Virus record (IMG/VR): IMGVR_UViG_3300048895_000205
Coordinates: 1-54,276 of that record
Reading direction: 5' to 3' (one strand)
DNA length: 54,276 nucleotides
Origin: a virus
Lineage: Duplodnaviria > Caudoviricetes
In this document: positions 1 through 8,670 of the stretch, one piece after another
Layout of the letters: the number at the start of each line of letters is the position of its first letter
How positions within the stretch are numbered: the first letter of the stretch is position 1
Program-made: the position numbers and the translations under genes
The notes under the pieces: generated by a model
Told to the model about the DNA's origin: nothing
Database searches by the model: none
Seen by the model: only the letters and a program-made list of their open reading frames with translations

Positions 1-42
1 ACCACTACTCCAGGACCTAAGGCCTACCCACGAGACGGTGAC

Positions 43-441
43 GTGGAGACCCTGGAACCCGAGGACGAGATCCAGGTTCGCAACGTCCTCGCCGCGATCG
101 ACACGGTCGTGGCCGAGGCCGGCGAGGACTTCACATACCAGGGCCGGGTCGAGTTCGGCTCGTGCCTGTACGTCCGGAACGGCCGGGCGGACTGCTTGGC
201 CGGCCGCGTACTGGCGAAGCTCGGCATGTCGCTGGAGGACCTGGTGCGCTGGGAAGGGATGCCCTGCGACGCGATGTCCGCCAATCCGCTCGCCCCGAGC
301 AAGCCCCAGGCGCCGGTCGGCCTGTACGCCCTGGCCACCTTGCGAGCTGCACAGGTTCGCCAGGACCGCGGGGAGTCCTGGAGCGCAGCTCGGGACGCGG
401 CCCGTCGGTGGGCCAAGGACTGCTACGGGATCGAGGTCTAA
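43..441 (+). CDS. hypothetical protein
   Basis: 132-aa ORF with GC3-rich codons, first in a chain of abutting + genes. Confidence 0.7.
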   Translation: METLEPEDEIQVRNVLAAIDTVVAEAGEDFTYQGRVEFGSCLYVRNGRADCLAGRVLAKLGMSLEDLVRWEGMPCDAMSANPLAPSKPQAPVGLYALATLRAAQVRQDRGESWSAARDAARRWAKDCYGIEV

Positions 442-443
442 TC

Positions 444-566
444 ATGCCCAAGTCGGAACCGAAGCCGAAGCCCGACCCGAAGCCGGCTAAGCCCTTCACC
501 AACCCGAAGAGTCCGCTGGTGCCGGTCAAGCCCGGCGGCAAGCCACCAGAGAGGCCGACGAAATAG
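444..566 (+). CDS. small Pro/Lys-rich protein (MPKSEPKPKPDPKP...)
   Basis: ATG at 444 after GAGG; stop overlaps the next GTG start. Confidence 0.55.
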   Translation: MPKSEPKPKPDPKPAKPFTNPKSPLVPVKPGGKPPERPTK

Positions 567-1396
567 TGCGCATCCTGTTCACCGGCGACAGCCACGGCGA
601 CCTCATGTACATCCGGTCCTCGCTGGCTGCCGCCCGACGCAATGACTGCGACCGGATCTTTGTGCTCGGTGACTTCGGGTACTGGCCACACATGAAGAGC
701 GGCCAGGACTTCCTGGCTCAGGTCGACAAACACGCCAAAGCCATGCGGATCGAGGTCTATTTCCTCGACGGCAACCATGACAACATGGCACCGATCTTCC
801 GCACCCCGCAGGCGCAGGACGACGAGGGTTTCTACCTGCACGAGTACGACTTCAACGATGAGGGCATCGGCGTCGTCTTCGAGCACATTCGCTACGCGCC
901 CCGCGGCCATCAATGGAACTGGGGCGGCAAGGAATTCATTGCCCTCGGTGGCGCATACAGCGTGGACAAGGGCTGGCGGGTCAAGGAAGAAGCCAAGCGC
1001 GGCAAGTCCGAATGGCTCTGGTTCTCCAACGAGCAGATGACCGACGGCGACATGGAGCAGATCCTGGCCCATACTCAGCCGGACGCGGTCGACATCATCC
1101 TGGCCCACGACAAACCGCTCTGGTCCCAGCCCGATTGGAACCGCAAGGACTACGAGGAGTGCCTGCCGAACCAGCGGCGGCTCCAGCGCGCGGTCAACCA
1201 ACTCAAGCCCGAGCTGTTTTTCCACGGCCACCTGCACTACCGGTACATGGACGTCATCGGTATCAACGTGGACTGGGAGACCGAGGTACACGGCCTGGAC
1301 TGCAACCCACAGGCGGCCGAGTCGCCCAACTACGACAAGCAGAAGTCCTGGCTGGTCTACGACACCGACAAGGGGATCGCCGAATGGCCCGCATGA
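566..1396 (+). CDS. calcineurin-like metallophosphoesterase
   Basis: motifs GDSHG, GDFG, GNHD, AHD, HGHLH. Confidence 0.9.
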   Translation: MRILFTGDSHGDLMYIRSSLAAARRNDCDRIFVLGDFGYWPHMKSGQDFLAQVDKHAKAMRIEVYFLDGNHDNMAPIFRTPQAQDDEGFYLHEYDFNDEGIGVVFEHIRYAPRGHQWNWGGKEFIALGGAYSVDKGWRVKEEAKRGKSEWLWFSNEQMTDGDMEQILAHTQPDAVDIILAHDKPLWSQPDWNRKDYEECLPNQRRLQRAVNQLKPELFFHGHLHYRYMDVIGINVDWETEVHGLDCNPQAAESPNYDKQKSWLVYDTDKGIAEWPA

Positions 1397-1554
1397 AGAA
1401 GGCCCGAGCTGCGCGCCTTGAATGGCGCTGGATACGTTACATCGAGCGCTGTATCAAGCTGAACGCCTACCCCATCAGCCCATCGTGGGAGCGGGACTAC
1501 GGCCAGGAAGTCGCGCTCGAATACAACGGGTCCTATCGGAAGGTGCGGCGCTGA
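1393..1554 (+). CDS. hypothetical protein (MKKARAARLEW...)
   Basis: ATGA overlap upstream, TGATG overlap downstream. Confidence 0.55.
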   Translation: MKKARAARLEWRWIRYIERCIKLNAYPISPSWERDYGQEVALEYNGSYRKVRR

Positions 1555-1829
1555 TGGACTACGAGCACCAGCTAGAGAACGAGATCTTTCGACTGGAAAG
1601 CGAGGTCACTGTCCAGCGCGAGGCAGCCGACAAGGCCGCCGTACTGATCGGCACGTTGAATGAGCGTCTGCTGCACCTCAGAGGAGAAGCACTGGGCCTC
1701 CTGATGCGTTTACAGCGAATCGCCGAGCGTCACGGCGGCGAAGAACACGGGAGCTGTCAATGGTGCGGCCGAGCATGGCCATGCGCAGACAGAAGGGACG
1801 CGGAATGGAATTCCAAGACGATGACATGA
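1554..1829 (+). CDS. hypothetical coiled-coil protein with C-terminal CxxC..WPC motif
   Basis: MDYEHQLENE... starts at a TGATG overlap; CQWCGRAWPC. Confidence 0.65.
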   Translation: MDYEHQLENEIFRLESEVTVQREAADKAAVLIGTLNERLLHLRGEALGLLMRLQRIAERHGGEEHGSCQWCGRAWPCADRRDAEWNSKTMT

Positions 1830-2164
1830 CCTCGCTCAAGGGCATGATTGCGCTGCCAGCTACGCGTGCTCGCGAGACTCAAATGGCCTATGTCGACGGC
1901 TATCTGCTCGCGCTCCAGGACGTTCTGCGGGAGATCAAGAAGCACAAGGACGCGGTCGCCGCACAGCCTCAGATTGCCGAGACCCACTCCTACTTCGTAG
2001 GCGCAGCCAAGATGCATCGCGAGGTCCGCAAGTCGATCGAAGCGATGATCGTGACGACCAAGAAGAAGCTGCACATGCTCCAGGTGCACGAGATCGGTAA
2101 CCGCATCGTGGAGCAGGACGCGGCACTCCTGGAACGCCTCAAGGAGACCGATGGAGCTGACTGA
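1805..2164 (+). CDS. hypothetical protein
   Basis: MEFQDDDM..., good codon bias, overlaps both neighbours. Confidence 0.65.
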   Translation: MEFQDDDMTSLKGMIALPATRARETQMAYVDGYLLALQDVLREIKKHKDAVAAQPQIAETHSYFVGAAKMHREVRKSIEAMIVTTKKKLHMLQVHEIGNRIVEQDAALLERLKETDGAD

Positions 2165-2411
2165 GTTCGAGCACGAGGGGCACGCCGCCTGCCCGTACTG
2201 TGCCAAGGTGCTCGACGTGCACGCCGAACTCATCCAGCAGGGGGATGGACCCAAGCCGGGTGACGTCACGATTTGCTGGGGCTGCGTTGGCATTTGCATG
2301 TTCGACGAGGACCTCGGCCTGCGCCTGCCGACCGACGAGGAGTTCAACGAGATCTACAAGGCCGTTGCACCAGTCCAGGCGCTGATCCACAAGATGAAGG
2401 CCAGTCAGTAG
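2151..2411 (+). CDS. zinc-ribbon protein
   Basis: CPYC...CWGC; AAGGAG Shine-Dalgarno (SD). Confidence 0.75.
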   Translation: MELTEFEHEGHAACPYCAKVLDVHAELIQQGDGPKPGDVTICWGCVGICMFDEDLGLRLPTDEEFNEIYKAVAPVQALIHKMKASQ

Positions 2412-2423
2412 TACCTTGATCGT

Positions 2424-2726
2424 ATGGCTGGCCGCCCGAGCGTTGACCTCGCCCGCAAGCAGTGGGCGACCCGAGCACCCTGCACGGAGTTCGTATCGCC
2501 CGGCGAGGTCGCGCACCCGGGCGACACGCACCGGCTCATGGCATACTGGACCCACGGGGCCGGCGCAGCCAAGATCGGGTGGGGCACGGACGGGAGCTTC
2601 CGGCGCTGCGTTGCGCTCCTCTCGAAGTACTTCCCGAAGAATCCCCAGGGCCTGTGCGCCAACCTGCACCACAAGGCGACCGGGGAATGGCCAACCGAGC
2701 ACGGTAAGGCCGGCATTCCGTCGTGA
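2424..2726 (+). CDS. conserved actinophage domain protein (YW..G.GAAKIGWGT.G.F.RC)
   Basis: motif recalled from actinophage head-associated proteins; leaderless-type start TACCTT-N6-ATG. Confidence 0.7.
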   Translation: MAGRPSVDLARKQWATRAPCTEFVSPGEVAHPGDTHRLMAYWTHGAGAAKIGWGTDGSFRRCVALLSKYFPKNPQGLCANLHHKATGEWPTEHGKAGIPS

Positions 2727-2902
2727 GGCGCGATCCGGTCGTCGAGTGGGAGTGCAGGCTCTGCGGCCAGGTCTTCTTCGTCCCGTACCGGATCGTCCAG
2801 GTCCATGCCGGCGATCAGGTGGTTGCAGACATCAAGCCCGACCTCGCGGATCTGTTCGCCCACAAGTGGATGCACGAGGCTAAGGGTCAAGCATTTCCAT
2901 AG
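2723..2902 (+). CDS. small CxxC...HxxxH zinc-finger protein (59 aa)
   Basis: hand-translated MRRDPVVEWECRLCGQVF...AHKWMHE; GTGA overlap. Confidence 0.6.
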   Translation: MRRDPVVEWECRLCGQVFFVPYRIVQVHAGDQVVADIKPDLADLFAHKWMHEAKGQAFP

Positions 2903-2920
2903 ATCGATCTAACCTCGCGA

Positions 2921-2955
2921 GGTCCCCCCGGAAAATTTTCCCGAGGGGGCCTTTT
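2921..2955 (+). terminator. intrinsic terminator between convergent arms
   Basis: imperfect inverted repeat GGTCCCCCCGGAAAA/TTTTCCCGAGGGGGCC followed by TTTT. Confidence 0.7.
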
Positions 2956-2977
2956 GCGCATCGAAGGCCGCTCAAGC

Positions 2978-3124
2978 TTACTTCAAAACTGGGATCAGCC
3001 AGATGGCCACAGTCAGACAGGCCATGCCGAGCCAACCCAGGGACAGCCGAGGCGTCGACACGTTGATGCCGGCCAGGACGAAGAGCACGAACGCGAAGAT
3101 CAGGAACAGCAGGGCTACGGTCAT
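2978..3124 (-). CDS. small two-TM membrane protein (48 aa)
   Basis: hand-translated MTVALLFLIFAFVLFVLAGINV...AIWLIPVLK; ATGA overlap with primase stop. Confidence 0.7.
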   Translation of the reverse strand: MTVALLFLIFAFVLFVLAGINVSTPRLSLGWLGMACLTVAIWLIPVLK

Positions 3125-5613
3125 GCTCTCAGCATGAACTCATTCACCTGCGTCCGCAGCCCAAGCCCGCGGTAGACCTGCCGGCCGGACTGCTTGAAGC
3201 TCTCGTGCCCGAGCACCTTGAGTCGAGCGCTCACCCGCTGCTTGCTGAACTGGCCGTATCCGTTGGTGTGGGCGTAGGCCCGGTACAGCTCGTAGACCGT
3301 GCCCACCGGGATGATCTCGGCCGGCGCCCGGACCAGGACGCCCTCGTCGACCAGCTCGGCCAGGAAGGTCGCGATCGGGTCGGCCTCGTTGCGGTACCGC
3401 TCGGTCGCGGACAACAGCGACTCCGGCTCCGCAAGGCCGCGCTCCTGGTACGCCTTGAGCCCGGCCAGCAGCCAGTTCAGGATGCCTGAGGACTCCTCGC
3501 GGTACAGCCGATCGGCCATGTCGCGGATCTCGCCCTTGCCGATGAAGGGCGTGTTCATCTCGATGACCTTGGCCCGGCGCCAGAGCGCATCGTCGTCCCC
3601 GCTGATGCGCGGGAGGAAGTTCGTGGCTACGAAGATCACGCACTCGGGTTGCCAGACCTGCTCGCGCTGGTACAGGGTGCGGGAGTTGATCGGGTCGCCA
3701 CCAGTGATCCGCTTGAGCAAGTTCTCGTTCAGGCTGGCGTCGCGCGGCAGCTCGGACGTCGCCACGAAGCGCTTCTTGCGCAGCTCGTGCAGGCTGGTCG
3801 AGCTGTCATTCTGGCTCTGCTTGAACACCGTCTCGTTGGCCGTGTGCCCGTAGTCGCCGAACATCCGGGCCATCAGGTTGGTCAGCGTGGACTTGCCGGT
3901 ACCACTGGGGCCGTGAAGCAGAAAGAACGTCCGCTCGTTGCTGGCACCGGTCAGCGTGTAGCCCAGCGCCCGCTGGACGTACTCACGGGTCGGCACGTCC
4001 GGGAAAGCCTGCGCCATGAACTGCTCGAACTTCGGGCAGGCCGCGGTCGGATCGAACTGGGCACCGAACCGCATGGTCATCATGTGCTCGGGCTTGTTGG
4101 CCTCGATCGTGTGCTCCTGGAGATCGAGCAGACCGTTCGGCAGGTTGAGCACGCCCTGAGCTTGGTCGAGCATCTCTTGGGTCGCGGCCATCGAGCGCAG
4201 GCAGGCGGCCTGGCGAACCATGGATCGGATCTTCCCGTCGCTCTGGGAGGTCATGCCGTAGTCGCGGTGTCGCTTGGCTGCTCGGCGTTCCTGGACGTTC
4301 GTTGCTGCCGCAAACATCGCTTCGCCCTCGGCAACGATGTCCTGGCCAATGCTCTGGGCCAGCTCGACGATCAGTTCGCTGTCCTCGAACCGCCAGCAGT
4401 GCCCGTCGTAGGTCAGCCAGCGGCGCGACGTGTGGTCGAAGACGAATGTGCCCTTCGCCTTCGCCTCCAGTCGTTGCGCGTTGCCCACGTCAGTCTCCGT
4501 GCGATCGAACAGTACGAGGGGTACGTCCCCAGGAGATTCTACCTCCTGGATGACACCCGTACGTACTGGAGCGGGAGCAGGGGCTGGGCTCGTGGACCAA
4601 TCGTCGTAGCTGACCTTGTCGCGGATCGTGCCGTAACCGAGGCGGGCTAGCTCGCGCACGGCCGGGATCAACTGGCCGCCGTGGTTGTAGAAGGCATAGA
4701 CCCAGAGCTTGGTCATCGGCTCCTCGACCGGCAGTCCGGTCGAGCTGGAGAAGACGTACATGCGGTCGCCTGTGGCCGACCGTCCCGTGGTTGCGGAGTG
4801 GCCCTCGCGCGGGTCCTTGCCGGGGCGTGTCCAGTACGTCGTCTGGCCCTGATGGCGGAAGACCTGCCAGCCGTGCGGTTCCAAGATCTCGGCCCAGCTG
4901 CCGCGAGCATTGAAGTCGTCGCCCGGCCGTAGCTCCTCGGACAGCGAGGTCACCGGCGGGTCATAGCGCGGGGCCGGCAAGCGCTCGGGCGCGCGGTCCA
5001 GAGCCGTCTTGATGGCCCGGTGAATGGCGCAGCGCTGTTCCCAGGTGATCGACCGGACCTGTCCCTGCACGCCCGAGACGGTGACCCAGGGCTCGCCCGA
5101 GGCGTGACAGCGGCCATCGGTCGGCGCGACGATCGAGTACCCGCCGGTGCCGCGCGTCTCGGCCAAGGTCTTCAGGTCTTCAGCCTGGGCGACCTTCTCG
5201 TTGCCCGGCACTTCGTGGTCCGAGATTCGGTAGATCATGTGCAAGCCGCCGGTGGGGGTCATCTCGGCGTATCCGGTCAAGCTCAGCTCATCCCAGAGAT
5301 GCTCGATCCCCACCAGCCGACACTGCTGCTGGATGGCGAACAGACTCTCGGCATCGGTCGCGGCCGACTCCAGCTCCAGCATCTCGACGTTGCCCGAGAC
5401 CGCGCCGCAGATCACGGCGACCCCGTAGTCCGAGCCGCCGGCCCACCAGCTATCGACTTGCTGGTCGGTCATCCGGGTGGTCATGAAGTCCGCCCAGCGG
5501 ACCGCGGGACGCTTGGTGCCGTCCGGCTTGATCGGTATGACGGAGAACCCGCCGGCATGCCACGGCGTGGCGATATTCATGAACCCTTGACCGATGGCCG
5601 TCTGGTCTGGCAC
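3121..5613 (-). CDS. bifunctional primase-polymerase fused to P4/D5-type SF3 helicase
   Basis: N-terminal Prim-Pol motifs (VIPIKPDGTKRP, TPTGGLH, TRGTGGY); D5_N TDVGNAQR; Walker A GPSGTGKS; ATNFLP; GTG 5613 after AAGGGG. Confidence 0.93.
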   Translation of the reverse strand: MPDQTAIGQGFMNIATPWHAGGFSVIPIKPDGTKRPAVRWADFMTTRMTDQQVDSWWAGGSDYGVAVICGAVSGNVEMLELESAATDAESLFAIQQQCRLVGIEHLWDELSLTGYAEMTPTGGLHMIYRISDHEVPGNEKVAQAEDLKTLAETRGTGGYSIVAPTDGRCHASGEPWVTVSGVQGQVRSITWEQRCAIHRAIKTALDRAPERLPAPRYDPPVTSLSEELRPGDDFNARGSWAEILEPHGWQVFRHQGQTTYWTRPGKDPREGHSATTGRSATGDRMYVFSSSTGLPVEEPMTKLWVYAFYNHGGQLIPAVRELARLGYGTIRDKVSYDDWSTSPAPAPAPVRTGVIQEVESPGDVPLVLFDRTETDVGNAQRLEAKAKGTFVFDHTSRRWLTYDGHCWRFEDSELIVELAQSIGQDIVAEGEAMFAAATNVQERRAAKRHRDYGMTSQSDGKIRSMVRQAACLRSMAATQEMLDQAQGVLNLPNGLLDLQEHTIEANKPEHMMTMRFGAQFDPTAACPKFEQFMAQAFPDVPTREYVQRALGYTLTGASNERTFFLLHGPSGTGKSTLTNLMARMFGDYGHTANETVFKQSQNDSSTSLHELRKKRFVATSELPRDASLNENLLKRITGGDPINSRTLYQREQVWQPECVIFVATNFLPRISGDDDALWRRAKVIEMNTPFIGKGEIRDMADRLYREESSGILNWLLAGLKAYQERGLAEPESLLSATERYRNEADPIATFLAELVDEGVLVRAPAEIIPVGTVYELYRAYAHTNGYGQFSKQRVSARLKVLGHESFKQSGRQVYRGLGLRTQVNEFMLRA

Positions 5614-5782
5614 TGTCACCCCTTGGTGTGGTGTTGAGAGGGTCAACCCGGTCGGCCTGACTTGGGGTTGGCCCTCTTTTTTCGATCAGGTCTGGCAAGA
5701 CGATAGACCGGCCGGGCCTTGTGACACCAGGGGGCGCACCCGGTAACCTGAGCGAGTCGTTGACTCTCTCTCCGACACGCAG

Positions 5783-5815
5783 GACGGCCCCCGGTAGCGA
5801 TCCCCGGGGGCCGTC
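5783..5815 (-). terminator. GC hairpin after SSB-like gene
   Basis: GACGGCCCCCGG/CCGGGGGCCGTC perfect 12-bp inverted repeat. Confidence 0.6.
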
Positions 5816-5821
5816 GGTGTC

Positions 5822-6457
5822 TCAGAAGCCGAACTGATCCCGCTCGCCTGCGCTGCCCTGCGGGGCCGAGCGCATCGAGTCCAAGGTGCTCGACCCCGGC
5901 CGCGCGCCCACACTGCCCTGTGGCGGCTGGGCCCAGGCTGGCGGCTCGCCCTGCGGGTTGCCGTGGTGGTCGGCCATACGCTGTTCCGGTTGACGCGACG
6001 GCGCTGGAGCCGGCGGCCCGCTCATGAACTCGTCCGCCTGGTTGATCTCGGGCAGCCGGTACATGGCCGCCCACTCCTTCGGCGGGACCTGTCCGCGCTC
6101 GGCCGCACCGTCGCGGACGTACTTCAGGCTGAGCAAGCCACCGATCTCCGGCTTCTTGCCCCCGGCCGCCCGGACAGCGTCCTGGACCGCGCGCTGGGAC
6201 TTCCACTTCACGTTGATCGTGCGCTGGCCGTCGTCGAACTCGTCCTCGCGGAGGTCGGTCTGCAAGGTGATCGTGTACATCCAGCGCGGGTCACCGTTGG
6301 CCCAGACCTTCGGCTCGCCGGTCTTCATGTCCGTCTGCTGGCGCTTCTTGATGGACAGGATCTTCCCGGTGACCGTGTCGCCCGGGTTGTCGAACGGGAA
6401 GCTCTTGGCTCCCCCGCCCATGAAGTCATCGGCGACATCGTCATCGTCAAAACCCAT
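5822..6457 (-). CDS. ssDNA-binding-like protein
   Basis: OB-fold-like N-half (F..PGDTVTGKI), low-complexity P/Q tail ending QFGF, located between nuclease and primase. Confidence 0.65.
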   Translation of the reverse strand: MGFDDDDVADDFMGGGAKSFPFDNPGDTVTGKILSIKKRQQTDMKTGEPKVWANGDPRWMYTITLQTDLREDEFDDGQRTINVKWKSQRAVQDAVRAAGGKKPEIGGLLSLKYVRDGAAERGQVPPKEWAAMYRLPEINQADEFMSGPPAPAPSRQPEQRMADHHGNPQGEPPAWAQPPQGSVGARPGSSTLDSMRSAPQGSAGERDQFGF

Positions 6458-6460
6458 TAC

Positions 6461-6790
6461 TCACACTCCTTGTTCACTGTCCGCTGCTTCGTTCAGCCGG
6501 TCTTCCGCTTTAATCATTTGATGGGCCAGGACTTCGTCGGGACTGAAGCCCATCATCACTATGGCCACGAGAGCCGTAATGACTATGTCGGCCAGTTCCA
6601 TGCTTACTTCATATGGCGTATGAGTAACGCCTTTGCGTGGATTGAGACCTAGAAATCCTATGTACGCCTCGGCGACCTCCCCTGTTTCTTCTTGCACCTT
6701 CAGCATTTGAATAGCATCAGGTACGCCATGTTTTCTGAAGTGCCTCGTTAGTCTTAGAAGTAGATCCTGGTATTCCGTCGACAGGATCAT
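6461..6790 (-). CDS. MazG-like nucleotide pyrophosphohydrolase
   Basis: KVQEETGEVAEA...NPRKG...ELADIVITA. Confidence 0.85.
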   Translation of the reverse strand: MILSTEYQDLLLRLTRHFRKHGVPDAIQMLKVQEETGEVAEAYIGFLGLNPRKGVTHTPYEVSMELADIVITALVAIVMMGFSPDEVLAHQMIKAEDRLNEAADSEQGV

Positions 6791-7611
6791 TCGGCTCCCG
6801 GGCATCCGTCGGCACTGGCTCCGGTCAATGAACCCTCCCTCAGGTAGTACGGGCACCATCCACAATGGTCAGACGCGGCCGGGATCCGCTCGTAGATGTC
6901 GGGATTGTTGGCCACGTCGGCTGCGATCAGTCCACGGCCAATCGAGTACATGCGGGCCAGCGCGCGCTCCGCGATCTCGGGCCGGTAGACATCCGACCAG
7001 ACGTACATGCCGGACAGCCAGCCCGCTCGGGGCAAGAACACCAGAGCGACGTGCTTGACCTTGCGGCCGGCGTCGATATGGCCCTTGCCGTAGAGCTGGG
7101 TCTGGATCCGGTACCCGGCCGGCGGTCCGTGCTGCACGATCTTCTTGAGAACGTCTGGCCCCGATGACTTGTAATCGACCACGGTGCCGCTGGTTTCGTA
7201 GAGATCGGTGTGGCCGAGGACCAACGGATCAATGACCAGCTCCTGCTCGGTCAGATACGTCGTCAGTCCGTGGTGCGCTTGGAACTTGTTGACCGCGTCT
7301 TCCAGCCAGTGATGGATGCCGGTACCGACGATGGCGGGCCACGGGTCGCGACGCTTGTTGATCTCGCGGTTGTTGGCCAGCTTGTAGGCCATCTTGCGGT
7401 CACAGGGCGTGCCCAGCTCGGACGGGCCTATCTTAGCCTGGAGACTGCGCGGCGAGTTCTCGTTCGCCCAGTGGATGATCTCGGTCAGGGTCTGCTTGAG
7501 GTGCCGGTTCACGGCCTCGGCCTCAGGACCGTACGAGTCGCACAGCGGGTGCACCCCGGTGTTGTGCTGGATGCCTGGCTCCAGCGGCTCCAGGCAGACC
7601 ATGCAGTCCAT
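6787..7611 (-). CDS. Cas4-like PD-(D/E)xK exonuclease
   Basis: PSELG..CDRK, GTGIH, GHTDL..VVDYKS, QTQLYG, CGWCPY. Confidence 0.88.
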   Translation of the reverse strand: MDCMVCLEPLEPGIQHNTGVHPLCDSYGPEAEAVNRHLKQTLTEIIHWANENSPRSLQAKIGPSELGTPCDRKMAYKLANNREINKRRDPWPAIVGTGIHHWLEDAVNKFQAHHGLTTYLTEQELVIDPLVLGHTDLYETSGTVVDYKSSGPDVLKKIVQHGPPAGYRIQTQLYGKGHIDAGRKVKHVALVFLPRAGWLSGMYVWSDVYRPEIAERALARMYSIGRGLIAADVANNPDIYERIPAASDHCGWCPYYLREGSLTGASADGCPGAE

Positions 7612-7668
7612 GTGACCCCCTCCTACCCCGGTGATCCGGACGGTACAGGAGGGGTGCGACAGAAACCA

Positions 7669-7842
7669 GCCCCCGCTGTAGCTAGGTCAGCGGGGGCCGG
7701 CTTTGTGGATCTTTCTCGACGCGGCCTGCTTGGTGGGGCTTCCCCGCTCTCGCTTAGCCAGCAACGTGCCGGTACCGCGCGGGACGAAAGATCCACAAAG
7801 CCGGCCCCCGTCCTGCTGCCTCATTGCTCAACGGGGGCCGGC
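7669..7842 (-). promoter_or_regulatory. four-segment alternative hairpin element (attenuator-like)
   Basis: 25-bp perfect inverted repeat 7691-7715/7786-7810, each arm also able to pair with a flanking segment (7669-7678; 7831-7842). Confidence 0.6.
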
Positions 7843-7869
7843 GCCTTGGGTTCCCGACCTCGGCGGGAG

Positions 7870-8670
7870 CTAGCGTACCCACTCCGGCAGCAGGTTCTTG
7901 CGCTTGCCGGAGTTGTAGAGGCCGATGAGGACCTCGACGAGGCACACCTGGATGCGCCCGCGCTTGAGTTCACGCACCGTCCGCGCCTTGCCGAGCAGAC
8001 CGTGCAGGCCCTGCGGGACCTGGGTCATCTTCTCGGTCAGGCTTTCGGTGTCGATGATCTCGTGGCTGCGGGTGTACAGCATCGCGAGGGCCTCCAGCAC
8101 GCGCCCATCGAGCGTCTGCTTGCCCTTACCCCACGTGGTGAGGATGACCTGGAGCGACCAGTCCAGTGCCTGCACACCGTGGACTTCGACGATCTTACGT
8201 GCGGTCGAGATGGCCGCGAAGTCGCCGTTGTTCATCACCAGGCCATGCCGGTCAAGGATGGCCTGGATGGCGATGGCCTGCGGTTGCTTCTCCGTCACGG
8301 CAACGTTGAAGAGAGCCATGGCCCCGACCTTGGTGGTGTTGTTGAGCAGGCGGAAAAGCTTGGCCTCCTGCTGCATCGTCAGGCCCTCGAAGACGGCCGC
8401 GTGGATCGGGTCGTCGTAACCGTTGGCCACGGCGGCCTTCAGTCGGTGCTGTCCGTCCAAGCACACCAGGACACCGTTCTTGCGCCGACTTAGCGAAACG
8501 ACGTTGAGAGCTGCCGGCTCGAAGTTGTCGGTGATGTCGATGAGCTTCTTGGCTTCCTCGGGGCGCTGCACCCGAGGGTCGTAGGTCACCAGGGAGGGCT
8601 TGACCCATTCCAAGGTGGGCAGGGGGAGGCCGAGCGACTTGGCGGCCTCGGTAGCGGTAGTAGCGGTCAT
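7870..8670 (-). CDS. ParB/Srx-like N-terminal domain protein (DUF6551-like)
   Basis: YDPRVQR, LDGQHRL, EAKLFRLLN. Confidence 0.8.
   Translation of the reverse strand: MTATTATEAAKSLGLPLPTLEWVKPSLVTYDPRVQRPEEAKKLIDITDNFEPAALNVVSLSRRKNGVLVCLDGQHRLKAAVANGYDDPIHAAVFEGLTMQQEAKLFRLLNNTTKVGAMALFNVAVTEKQPQAIAIQAILDRHGLVMNNGDFAAISTARKIVEVHGVQALDWSLQVILTTWGKGKQTLDGRVLEALAMLYTRSHEIIDTESLTEKMTQVPQGLHGLLGKARTVRELKRGRIQVCLVEVLIGLYNSGKRKNLLPEWVR

Noticed and set aside
6787-7611. CRISPR-Cas locus suggested by the Cas4-like gene
   Set aside because: No repeat-spacer array or other cas genes seen; solo Cas4-like nucleases are common in actinophages
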